A stretch of DNA of 64,000 bases from a virus: positions 1 to 64,000 of IMG/VR virus record IMGVR_UViG_3300037804_000399; one strand, written 5' to 3'. Position 1 is the first letter of the stretch; every line of letters begins with the position of its first letter. A program made the translations under genes and the position numbers. The notes beneath the pieces were generated by a model, which saw only the letters and a list, made by a program, of their open reading frames with translations, was not told where the DNA came from and ran no database searches. Below are positions 1 to 8,983 of this stretch, piece by piece.

Positions 1-1
1 T

Positions 2-859
2 GAATGGTATAATCAAACTAGATTTGAGACTGGTATAACTTCTGCTCCTCATAAAGGTGCTGAGATATGGGTATTCTTTGAGCATGGAAATCCTCAATTT
101 CCAAAATACTTTGCAGCTTGTCAAGGTGGAGACGGTTGGCATAGCGAACATAAGAATCAACATGTAATAAAAACAGACAATGTGACTATTAGAATTGATG
201 AAGAACCTGATCTTTTGGTTGATCCAAGAGGCGGTAATGAAAAATCAAGTTGTCAATTTGCTCCATATGTTGATAGTAATATAGACGCTTCTAAAATAAG
301 AGTTAAGAATCAGGTAGATACTGGAAAGTATGTAGCTACTCCTCCAACTAGAGTTGACATAGAAATTTTAAATCCGGGTGCAAATGCTTTACATTTACGT
401 GTAAAAGGAAATATCAATTTACATCACGAAGGTGATTTATTTGAAGAGCATTTTGGAGATAAGCACATTACTCATAAAGGTGATGTTTTTAAACATCACG
501 TGGGTAATACTGAAGTTAAACATGAAGGCGATTATAAGTTCAGACATATAGGTTCTAATAAAGAAGAACAAACCGGTGACTGTTATAAGAACCAAAAAGG
601 TAACAAGGATCATACAATTGAAGGAAACCGAGTAAATACTATTATAGGTAATGAAGTAGTAGATGTTTCTCAAGTTACAAATACCACTTACCGACTTGGA
701 GAGTTCAAGTATGTAGGGGTTCAATACGTTACTATTGTAAATGGTGTAAAGCTAAATGTTGTTTCAGCTACCTTAACTGAATTGATCGCCGGGATTAATA
801 TTAGAGCATGTGCTTCTAATATATATGTAACAGCTGGTCCTAATATATTCCTTAATTAA
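2..859 (+). CDS. gp5: Baseplate central spike gp5/VgrG-like (5' partial)
   Basis: The frame is open from position 2 (EWYNQTRFETGITSAPHKGAEIWVFFEHGNPQFPKYFA, a gp5 OB-fold P..G..(V/I)..FF..G.P..P motif). It is followed by 8-residue beta-helix repeats (H.G.., ..G...), and a PAAR gene lies downstream. Confidence 0.8.
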   Translation, partial: EWYNQTRFETGITSAPHKGAEIWVFFEHGNPQFPKYFAACQGGDGWHSEHKNQHVIKTDNVTIRIDEEPDLLVDPRGGNEKSSCQFAPYVDSNIDASKIRVKNQVDTGKYVATPPTRVDIEILNPGANALHLRVKGNINLHHEGDLFEEHFGDKHITHKGDVFKHHVGNTEVKHEGDYKFRHIGSNKEEQTGDCYKNQKGNKDHTIEGNRVNTIIGNEVVDVSQVTNTTYRLGEFKYVGVQYVTIVNGVKLNVVSATLTELIAGINIRACASNIYVTAGPNIFLN

Positions 860-868
860 TAGGTACTT

Positions 869-3382
869 ATGATTACGATTACGCCAGATACCTTCAATGT
901 AATTGAAGATGTAAGTTTTAGTTCTGCTCCGATATCCGTTTTAGATAACGATGATTTAGGAAGTGGAGGTGGAGTATTATCTATTTTCAGTCACACTGAA
1001 CCGTCCAACGGAAGCCTGTCCATTCAAAATGACGGAACATTCGTTTACACTCCTTTGGGAAATTTTGTTGGAAATGATTCATTCCAATATACTATCAAAG
1101 ATAATACAGGAGCAACAGCTACTACATCAGTATCATTGATTGTTTCAGCAGCTCCTCCTGTTATTAATAATGGAAATGATATAATTGATACAGACGATCA
1201 AACTGCTGTATCGTTCTCAGTATTTGCTCCAGGGGTTATAACAGGTGGACCTATAGTAGTTTCATCATTTACTTTTCCAGCTACAGGTACCTTACAATTT
1301 CTAGGAGGAAACAACTTTAAGTTTACTCCTTCTGAAAGTGGAATAGAAACATTTCAATATAGTGTTTTAGACATTTCAAGTATTTTAGTTTCTTCAACTG
1401 TTACTATTAATATTGAAGATACTACTTATCAACAATCACTAGATGAAGATCTAGGAGTAGATGACATTAACGATGTTAAAAGTATTCCTCTTACTCCTGC
1501 TGATGAAATTGATGATGCTATGTCAGAAGCTTTTGATCAGTATGATGACTTTGTAAATTCAAATCCAATAGCTCCTCCTAGCATTACAGATATAAGCTCA
1601 CAGCTTTCAGCTTTTGATTCATTAAAATTTACTGATCAGGCATCTAATGATGTAATGAAGGCTCAGACAAATCAAGTTGATAACTTGATGAACATAGCAA
1701 GTGCTGATCCTTTAAGTATATTACCTGACAGCAGTGCATCAAATATAATAGACACTTTGCAGGTAGGACAAGAAGATTTAACAGCAGGTTTAGATTCTTT
1801 AAATGATCTTTGCAATCTTGCTAATGTTCAACAAACATTAGGTATAGAAGCAGGAAACACTTTTAAAGAAGCATCCGCTGCTTTAGGAGGCCTTCCTCTT
1901 TTCTTATCAAGTATAACATTATTAGATTCGACAATCAATTTAGGTTTCGAAAAAACTACCACAACTACTACTAGAGTATTTAATCAAACATTTAAACAAA
2001 TTGCTCAAGGTGGATTAACTATTGGCGGAATAAATGTTCAAGATGCTGTTATCAAAGGAATTATATCAGGAGGTAGTAGTGCTCTTGTTAAACAAATAAC
2101 TCTTTATGATACAGGTAATAAAGTTGCAATCCTTCAAGGTGCGCACGCTTCTATGACTCTAGTAGTTGGATTATCAGCTGACTTATTAAGAGCAGCAGTA
2201 CATGTTGTCGGTCAATCAAGTTCAGCTTTACTTCCAGGAGTTGTAGTCCCTCCTCCACCTGAAACAGCTGTCGCTTGTAGTGGATTGCAAACAATTTCAC
2301 AATTAAATGGAAGTCTATCTCAAATAGGACAGCTTCGTCAAAGTATGCAAAATACTTTACTAGATGATTTAAAGACCGATTTCGGATCTGAGATTTTAAA
2401 CAACTCATTAAAGGCTTCTCTTTGGAAAGTAGCAAACAGTACAACATCTAATCCACTCGATACAATTCTTACTGATATTACAGCTCCTGTAGATTTTTTA
2501 TCTGGACCTGATTTTCTAAGTAATACTTCTCCGTTGTTTAATTTCATTCCTGAGCGTTCAACTTTCTTATCACCTGATTTATTAACATGTAATCTTTTAG
2601 GTGGAATCATATCAGGAGCTGGTGGACTAATTCCAGGCGGTGGTGGTTTATTAACTATTGCAGGACAAGTTGCTGCATTTGCTTCAGATCCATCATTCGA
2701 AAATGGAACAGCATTAGCTTTCTCAGCTTTAGATTCATATTTAGAAGCTCAAACATTTGGTTTAATTAATACCGATGTTATCAATCAAGGATTAACTTTA
2801 GCAGGTGCGCCAACATTAGATGGAATAGTAAATCAAGTAGGTGAATCAACAGGTGCTAAAGATGTTTTTAATGATTATATGCAAACTATTGTTCCAGATG
2901 TTCCAGTTGAATTATTTGATATCGCATCAACAATAGGAAATTTTTCAAGCAATCCGACTTCAGTTGTAAACAGAGAAGCTTTAGCATCTTCGTCAATGGG
3001 ATCATACTTACAATCACAAATTGGTTCACCAGTCGATCTGAACGTTATTAACAGCACTCTAGCCACGATAGGTTCACCAAGTCCAGGTGCTCTCATAGAA
3101 ACTGTTACTCCTCAGCAGACAACGTCTATATCGTTTTCAAACCTATCCTTTAATACTGATAGATTCAACGCAACTAATAAAGAAGCTTTGGAAGATAACG
3201 ATGCTTATAAGAATGGGTATCAAACTCATCTTGATTACATGGATAAAATAAATGATGGTACTGAACAAATAGCAAATGCTGGGAGTACATTAACAAGAGA
3301 AACGAGAATAAGTGATATAAATAGAAATGTAGAAAAGATAATTCTACAGAAATCATTTATAGTAAACGAGAGTGTATCCTAA
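869..3382 (+). CDS. Structural protein with two N-terminal Ig/cadherin-like (Big_9-type) domains and a Gly/Ala-rich helical C-terminal part
   Basis: VLDNDD...NGSL...DGTFVYTP..NFVGNDSFQYTI.D..GAT.T..V.L.V Big_9-type motif occurs twice; the gene lies between gp5 and PAAR. Confidence 0.6.
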   Translation: MITITPDTFNVIEDVSFSSAPISVLDNDDLGSGGGVLSIFSHTEPSNGSLSIQNDGTFVYTPLGNFVGNDSFQYTIKDNTGATATTSVSLIVSAAPPVINNGNDIIDTDDQTAVSFSVFAPGVITGGPIVVSSFTFPATGTLQFLGGNNFKFTPSESGIETFQYSVLDISSILVSSTVTINIEDTTYQQSLDEDLGVDDINDVKSIPLTPADEIDDAMSEAFDQYDDFVNSNPIAPPSITDISSQLSAFDSLKFTDQASNDVMKAQTNQVDNLMNIASADPLSILPDSSASNIIDTLQVGQEDLTAGLDSLNDLCNLANVQQTLGIEAGNTFKEASAALGGLPLFLSSITLLDSTINLGFEKTTTTTTRVFNQTFKQIAQGGLTIGGINVQDAVIKGIISGGSSALVKQITLYDTGNKVAILQGAHASMTLVVGLSADLLRAAVHVVGQSSSALLPGVVVPPPPETAVACSGLQTISQLNGSLSQIGQLRQSMQNTLLDDLKTDFGSEILNNSLKASLWKVANSTTSNPLDTILTDITAPVDFLSGPDFLSNTSPLFNFIPERSTFLSPDLLTCNLLGGIISGAGGLIPGGGGLLTIAGQVAAFASDPSFENGTALAFSALDSYLEAQTFGLINTDVINQGLTLAGAPTLDGIVNQVGESTGAKDVFNDYMQTIVPDVPVELFDIASTIGNFSSNPTSVVNREALASSSMGSYLQSQIGSPVDLNVINSTLATIGSPSPGALIETVTPQQTTSISFSNLSFNTDRFNATNKEALEDNDAYKNGYQTHLDYMDKINDGTEQIANAGSTLTRETRISDINRNVEKIILQKSFIVNESVS

Positions 3383-4290
3383 TGAGTAATTCAATACAAT
3401 ATGATGATCTAATATTCCTCGAAGATGGAACTGTGATTGGTAATGGGAACTTAGTTTCTACAGATCCTGATGAAGCTATGAAAGAAGCTCTTAAACTACA
3501 AACAGATTGGGAAGCGGATTTCCCAACGCTTTCCATATCTAGTTACATTTACGGTGGTTCTCGAACGTTTGAAGCTAATGATAGTACTGAGATATATTTA
3601 AGTCGTAAAGATGTTTCTGATATCATAACAGGTATAAAGGATGACGAGACAGATAGATTAACAGCTATCTTCGGAATCGATACTACCATTATGGTCAAGT
3701 TACAGCAATCAGCTGATATGAGAGAAATATTACTTGATACTCTCAGTGAATTTTTAAACATAGGCGAACGTCCCGAACTTTCAAACAACGAACAGTATTT
3801 TAAAATTCTAATTGATACGTTACCAGGTACTTCTTTTTATACTGAAGGACATACAATTGTTGATACATTAGAAACTCTTCAACGTACTGAAGATACTCCG
3901 AAAGGATATGCTGGTGTAAATATTTTTGATCAGATTACTGAATTTGTTCCTACCACAGAAGAAGCGGACGCAATTGTTTCTATTGATGATATTGATATCA
4001 ACGATGCTGAAAGTCTTGTAAATTTTTGTAAGCAGAATGATTTAGAAAGTCTTTTAGATGATGACGGAACATTTAGTTTTGAAAAACTTAAACAGTTAGA
4101 TCCTGAGTTTATTGATTTCCAGCAAAGTCAACAGATAGCAAATGGTATTGTTGAAGAAGCTAGAAAGCAATTAATGGAAGAAGATGAATATAGTGAAATC
4201 AATAAGTTTACTCAAGCTCTTGATGTAATGGAAGAGCATTTACTCAAAGCCCTTCAAGTTTCTAACACTATGACAAATGGAGTTACCTAA
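3382..4290 (+). CDS. Acidic hypothetical protein, probably baseplate-associated
   Basis: 302-aa ORF translationally coupled (TAATG) to both neighbours. Confidence 0.5.
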   Translation: MSNSIQYDDLIFLEDGTVIGNGNLVSTDPDEAMKEALKLQTDWEADFPTLSISSYIYGGSRTFEANDSTEIYLSRKDVSDIITGIKDDETDRLTAIFGIDTTIMVKLQQSADMREILLDTLSEFLNIGERPELSNNEQYFKILIDTLPGTSFYTEGHTIVDTLETLQRTEDTPKGYAGVNIFDQITEFVPTTEEADAIVSIDDIDINDAESLVNFCKQNDLESLLDDDGTFSFEKLKQLDPEFIDFQQSQQIANGIVEEARKQLMEEDEYSEINKFTQALDVMEEHLLKALQVSNTMTNGVT

Positions 4291-4565
4291 TGCCACAAGT
4301 ACACCGTAAGGGAGATATTGGAACAGGTCATGGAAATTGTGGACCTCGTCCAAACATACAAGGATCACCAAACGTATTCACAAATGGAATAGAAACTCAT
4401 AGAGAAGGTGATGCTTGGGCAGTTCATTGTGATCATGGAGGTAGCTTAAAGAAAGGAAGTAGTACAGTTTTTATAAATGGAAAAGGATGTGCGAGAATAG
4501 GAGATCCTGTTACATGTGGATCGAGAGCGGCAACTCACTCTCCTAATGTATTTGCTGGAGGATAA
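4290..4565 (+). CDS. PAAR spike-tip protein (gp5.4-like)
   Basis: R.GD...GH, GSPNVFTNG, R.GD..A.H, GSSTVFINGKG.ARIGDPV.CG, SPNVFAG. Confidence 0.92.
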   Translation: MPQVHRKGDIGTGHGNCGPRPNIQGSPNVFTNGIETHREGDAWAVHCDHGGSLKKGSSTVFINGKGCARIGDPVTCGSRAATHSPNVFAGG

Positions 4566-4567
4566 TT

Positions 4568-5035
4568 ATGGCTCGTAAGAAAGGAAATAAATACGATCAA
4601 GGCCAATTTCATCCTAGACGTGTTGAAAAGTATAAAGGTAAATTACCTATCATTTATAGATCTAGCTGGGAAAAGAAGTTCTGTAGTTTTTGTGATAATA
4701 CTCCTCAAGTGATTGCTTGGGGATCAGAGTCTGTTGTGATCAGATATAATGATCCTTCTCGTAAAAATACATCTCATAGATATTTCATTGATTTCAATAT
4801 GACAGTAAAAACTAAAGATGGTTCACTTCAGAAGTTTATAGTTGAAGTAAAGCCATTCAAAGAAACTCAAAAACCCGTTCTATCAGCAAGACGTAAACCA
4901 GCTACAATGAAAAGAGAGTTGGAAACTTACATACGAAACCAAGCCAAGTGGAAAGCCGCTACTGAATGGGCTAAACAAAAAGGCGGAACTAAATTTATAG
5001 TTATAACTGAAAAGGATTTATTTCAACAAAAATAG
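4568..5035 (+). CDS. gp4: Head completion nuclease gp4 (TnsA-like)
   Basis: KYKG...IIYRSSWE..F..FCD....V..WGSE, HRYFIDF, EVKP, NQAKW.AA, F.VITE. Confidence 0.9.
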   Translation: MARKKGNKYDQGQFHPRRVEKYKGKLPIIYRSSWEKKFCSFCDNTPQVIAWGSESVVIRYNDPSRKNTSHRYFIDFNMTVKTKDGSLQKFIVEVKPFKETQKPVLSARRKPATMKRELETYIRNQAKWKAATEWAKQKGGTKFIVITEKDLFQQK

Positions 5036-5045
5036 ATTTTTGAGC

Positions 5046-5080
5046 TTGACTTCTCATTTTAAGAGTGTATATTATATAAA
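5046..5080 (+). promoter_or_regulatory. Early-type sigma70-like promoter (TTGACT-N16-TATATT)
   Basis: The same motif and spacing recur at 19197, 26976 and 35949. Confidence 0.7.
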
Positions 5081-5096
5081 CGACAATAGGATTTAT

Positions 5097-6551
5097 ATGG
5101 ATATACCACGTTCGCAAACATCAGAGTCACATCCATCAGAAGAACGAAATGTAAATTATACATATATTCCCTCTATTTATGGATTGAAACAATTAGTCAA
5201 ATACGGTGTTTCCCAAGAGGACGCTAACAAGATGTCTCTTCTTAGAGTTTCCTGTCACGATGAATGTTTCAAAAATGGATATGGTAAATTGTTATATCAT
5301 ATTGGTAGAATTATCGTTCCGTTTAATACCAAGCATAATTATAAAATTAATGATAATGATATGGCATTTTGGAAATGTGAAAATACTAATATTACTATCA
5401 CAATGATTAAACCTCAAAATCATAACTTCGTCACTAGTAAAATATTTTCAAAGACTGGAACTCATAATTCTAATATGAATGTAATAGTTAAAGAAACTAT
5501 TCCAATGTTGATGTGGAGTGAGATAGAATTATTTCCTGAAATAGTAAACAATAATTACAAAGATACACTCGAGAGATTGTACCAACTGGTAGATGATTCG
5601 CAAATAGTTAAATTGGGTGCCGATACTCGAGAGAAGGTAAAATTTTGGATCGATGATAATAGATACAGTTCTATACATTCAATAAGAAGTTTAAATGATA
5701 AAAGATCAATAGCAATTGAATTGGACAAATGCTTTAATAGAGAGACTCATATTATCGATAGAGATAATATTCTACCAATTATAAAAAACACATGTGCTAA
5801 TTATTTTGGACTTTTTCCTGATAAATACACACCTGCTGATATCATAATGATTAAAAGAGATTATATTGATAGAGTGATTGTAGATGTTGAAAATATAATT
5901 GCAACCAAAAATTCTGAACTAGAAACTGCAAAACTTCTCAATGAATATATTTTCAATATTACTAATGGACCGATTCATCTTATATCATTAAAAGAAGAAA
6001 ATCCGTTACATGGAAAAGGAAAAAGTTATATAAAAATGCAAACTGATAATCACTCTGAGTTTAACATTACAGAGGAAGATGAGCTTATTGGTTACCAGGA
6101 TATGATTAATAAGGTAGATTGCATCAAAGATTCTTTATTGGCTAAAAAACAGGACATTGGATTTAAGTTTAAATATAAAGAAGATGTTATAAATGATTAC
6201 TTACGAATATATGCAAATTTGAAGATATTAAACTTCTTGTTAGATTTAGGTTCACAGGAAATTATTAACACTGCATTATTTGCAGGAGGATTATTTGCTG
6301 GTAAGAAAGATATAATTCCGATGTTCATAAAACTAATCGGAAGAAGCAAAGGCGAATGCAAAGCATCTATTGTAAAAGAGAATCAAAACGTAACACTTAA
6401 TGGTAGGTTAGAAGTGGAAGTCAACATGTATCAAAAGGGAAATGTGTATATTTTCATCCCCATGTTGATTAATAACCAACCAAAAATATTTAAATTAAAT
6501 ATACGATCAAATGGATCATACCAATCAACTATTGAGCTCAATACAATGTAA
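5097..6551 (+). CDS. Putative PD-(D/E)xK-type nuclease-like protein
   Basis: DKYTPADIIMIK...HLISLKE motif. The ATG at 5097 follows the promoter and an AGGA RBS, and is preferred over the TTG at 5040. Confidence 0.45.
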   Translation: MDIPRSQTSESHPSEERNVNYTYIPSIYGLKQLVKYGVSQEDANKMSLLRVSCHDECFKNGYGKLLYHIGRIIVPFNTKHNYKINDNDMAFWKCENTNITITMIKPQNHNFVTSKIFSKTGTHNSNMNVIVKETIPMLMWSEIELFPEIVNNNYKDTLERLYQLVDDSQIVKLGADTREKVKFWIDDNRYSSIHSIRSLNDKRSIAIELDKCFNRETHIIDRDNILPIIKNTCANYFGLFPDKYTPADIIMIKRDYIDRVIVDVENIIATKNSELETAKLLNEYIFNITNGPIHLISLKEENPLHGKGKSYIKMQTDNHSEFNITEEDELIGYQDMINKVDCIKDSLLAKKQDIGFKFKYKEDVINDYLRIYANLKILNFLLDLGSQEIINTALFAGGLFAGKKDIIPMFIKLIGRSKGECKASIVKENQNVTLNGRLEVEVNMYQKGNVYIFIPMLINNQPKIFKLNIRSNGSYQSTIELNTM

Positions 6552-6555
6552 ACAA

Positions 6556-6587
6556 AAAAAGCTGTGGGAATTATCCCACAGCTTTTT
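6556..6587. terminator. Bidirectional intrinsic terminator
   Basis: AAAAAGCTGTGGGA-ATTA-TCCCACAGCTTTTT between convergent genes. Confidence 0.85.
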
Positions 6588-6608
6588 AAAATGTTTATAC
6601 GAGAGAAG

Positions 6609-6791
6609 TTATCGCTTACTTTCAACTACCGATTGTTTCTTATAATCAGTTACATGCTTCTTCAATTCGTTAATTGCCTTACGTGCACGAGCTGCAGCAG
6701 ACTTGTTTCCTTTTTCAGCAAAAATATTGTGATTTTCTTCGAATAAGTCCCACAGTTCTTTCATAGCTTCGTATTGTTCTTTTGAGTCCAT
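6609..6791 (-). CDS. Histone H1-like (Hc1-type) small DNA-binding protein
   Basis: MDSKEQYEAMKELW...KGNKSAAARARKAINELKK; an AGGAG RBS precedes the ATG at 6791. Confidence 0.7.
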   Translation of the reverse strand: MDSKEQYEAMKELWDLFEENHNIFAEKGNKSAAARARKAINELKKHVTDYKKQSVVESKR

Positions 6792-6999
6792 CTTGGATTC
6801 TCCTTGAGTTAGGGTTGTTGTTATAAATATATTTACAGTCCAAATCAAATGTAAATGATGTTGTATCCCGATATATTCAATAAAAATGTCGTTTTTATTT
6901 TTCGATAAAATATTTAAAAGCATTAAACATTATATAACTTGTTGTGATAATATAACATACATATAATGAAACGCATATGTATGATCTCTCCTCTATTAT

Positions 7000-7026
7000 A
7001 AAAAGCTGGCTTCGGCCGGCTTTTTT
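7000..7026 (+). terminator. Intrinsic terminator
   Basis: AAAAAGCTGGC-TTCG-GCCGGCTTTTTT. Confidence 0.8.
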
Positions 7027-7056
7027 ATACCCAAATAAAAATAATCAACATTTTTG

Positions 7057-7085
7057 TTTAAAAATCCAAACTATCCTCCTATAAT
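7057..7085 (+). promoter_or_regulatory. Putative promoter TTTAAA-N17-TATAAT
   Basis: Perfect -10 box. A similar TTTAAA-N16-TA(T/A)(T/A)AT precedes queD (15381) and folE2 (18053). Confidence 0.5.
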
Positions 7086-7108
7086 ACATATGTAGATAAA
7101 CTAACGTA

Positions 7109-7339
7109 AATCAATTGTGTTTGTCATTAAGTAAAATAAGGTTTTAACAGAGATAGATAGATGCCTGTGTCCAAGTAGTATTGGTAACACCTATCAACCG
7201 AGGTTTCACTGAGAAGTGAATATGAAATAATTGAAAGCTGATGTTCCGGACCTCCTCCGTCAGAAGTAGATTAGAAAGGCTTATAAGAGTTCATATCAAG
7301 AAAGTCATAGGGATGACGGTACAAGCATTACAATTGATT
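7109..7339 (+). ncRNA. Putative structured non-coding RNA (unassigned family)
   Basis: The 5' AATCAATTGT-GTTTGT pairs with the 3' ACAAGC..ACAATTGATT. Internal hairpins are TTCACT-GAGA-AGTGAA (GNRA loop) and GTCAT-AGGG-ATGAC. There is no ORF and a promoter lies just upstream. Confidence 0.45.
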
Positions 7340-7583
7340 AACACTAGCTAATATAGATTAGGCAAAACGTAGATAAGAAGTTTTTACTTTTACATCTTAT
7401 TAATACGAAGTTTCTGTCCCATAAGTTTGAGCGTAAGAACCTGCAACTAAAGAAACACTTTTTTATATTTTGACAACAAATTTTTATTTGGATTGGGTCA
7501 AAACACTACCTTCACTTTTTAATAGGTGTCTAGGTAAAGGCTTCCTGTTTTTAAAATATATTAATAATATTAATAATAAAAAT

Positions 7584-7884
7584 CATAACCAAATTAAATT
7601 ATATCTTGCGAAGCAAGATGTTGAGTGTTAAATGATATATCGTTCAGCGTAGCTGACATGACGCAGTCATGAGATATAGAATGTACACTCCCTAATCAAT
7701 AACTGCTAAATGATTATACAGTTATTAATATCCATTATCAGTTATTTAGCAATGAGGCTTTCAGCCTCAGAGAAGGATGTTCACTTCATCTCATGACTGC
7801 GTCATGTCAGCGTAGCTGAACGATCAAAGTTGAACATCCGATTTTACTTCGTAAAAGAAATTAGTTATTAAGGATGTGGTTATG
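7584..7884. repeat. Nested inverted-repeat / GNA-triloop hairpin array, candidate replication origin
   Basis: A 37-bp inverted repeat (~7639-7675 vs ~7788-7824) contains the mini-hairpins CAGC-GTA-GCTG and CATGAC-GCA-GTCATG. Nearby hairpins are ATCTTGC-GAA-GCAAGAT and TTTAC-TTC-GTAAA, with outer arms CATAACCA/TGGTTATG and an AT-only stretch at ~7548-7583. Confidence 0.6.
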
Positions 7885-7929
7885 TTAAAATGTATGTAGT
7901 AAGTCAGACTATAAAGTAAAAAGGTAAAA

Positions 7930-8406
7930 ATGCAATATAAAATAAATTTCGATGGTGGTAAGATAGTTGTTGATGGAAAAGATCATCAAACTATTGGTAT
8001 TGTAATAAAAGATGAAAATCAAAACATTGTATATGTAGAAGGGGACAACCTTGGACCTGGAACTACTAATCAAGCAGAAGGTCATGCTTTACTACTATCT
8101 TTAATAAGAGCTGTTCAACTTGGATATACGGATTTATTTGTAGAAGGTGATTCTCAATTAATAATAAATCAATCTACTGGTAAGTGGCAATGTCGTCATG
8201 AAAATCTCATTCCAATTATTTCTAAAGTAAAAAAGATAGCAAGTGTACCTGGTATTAACATTATATTCAATTGGGTACGTAGAGACTTTAATAAAGAAGC
8301 TGATGAACAAACTCATATCGGTAGAACAAAACCTATTAATGAGAAATTAAGAAATCAACTTTATCAAGGAAATCGAAAACAATCAGCAACGAGTATTGTA
8401 AAATGA
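7930..8406 (+). CDS. rnhA: Ribonuclease HI
   Basis: FDGG, GTTNQAEGHAL, GDSQLIINQ, WVRRDFNKEAD carry the four RNase H acidic residues. Confidence 0.9.
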   Translation: MQYKINFDGGKIVVDGKDHQTIGIVIKDENQNIVYVEGDNLGPGTTNQAEGHALLLSLIRAVQLGYTDLFVEGDSQLIINQSTGKWQCRHENLIPIISKVKKIASVPGINIIFNWVRRDFNKEADEQTHIGRTKPINEKLRNQLYQGNRKQSATSIVK

Positions 8407-8963
8407 TATTTGATTATTGTATTGATGTGGAAAATGATTTCGAGCGTAAGCAGGCAGCATGGCGTAGAGAAGCTCAATTCGCACCTTCGCAATCAAAAAG
8501 TTTTTCATCTACTAGTACAACAACAACTTCAGATGTAAATAATGTCAAAGAATCAAAACAAGAGACTAAACAGATGGCAATAGGATATTTAAAACCATGG
8601 GGAACTGGAAGCTTTAAAGGCGTTCAGAAATTAAAAAATGGAGTAATTGTTAATTGGGGTGGATCTGAAAGTGATGGTTGGGTAGTAGAAAATTCAGAAA
8701 TTCGTAAGTATCTCGGGTCTAGTCGCGATGGATTCACTATAAGTAATGGTATACTAAAATCTTGGGCCGGTTCAAGCCGTGACGGGATTAGATTTTCAAA
8801 CACTGGCTTCCGTATGTGGGATCAATCTGAAAGAGATGGGTACGTTATAAAAAACGGAAATGTTTTCAAGTGGGGTCAATCAGAAAGAGACGGATATGAA
8901 TTTAAAAACATGTCTCCTGCTGAGATCGCATTTGTAATATTATACCTTAAAGGAGGCCGATAA
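8403..8963 (+). CDS. Hypothetical protein with ~18-aa W-G-x-S-E-R-D-G repeats
   Basis: Six imperfect repeats (WGGSESDG, YLGSSRDG, WAGSSRDG, WDQSERDG, WGQSERDG). Confidence 0.55.
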   Translation: MIFDYCIDVENDFERKQAAWRREAQFAPSQSKSFSSTSTTTTSDVNNVKESKQETKQMAIGYLKPWGTGSFKGVQKLKNGVIVNWGGSESDGWVVENSEIRKYLGSSRDGFTISNGILKSWAGSSRDGIRFSNTGFRMWDQSERDGYVIKNGNVFKWGQSERDGYEFKNMSPAEIAFVILYLKGGR

Positions 8964-8983
8964 CAAGAGGGGAACATTCCCTA

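Noticed and set aside
6924-7929. tRNA, tmRNA, RNase P or group I/II intron in the non-coding gap
   Set aside because: No cloverleaf with T-loop/CCA, no tmRNA or RNase P signature, and no interrupted gene recognised by eye.
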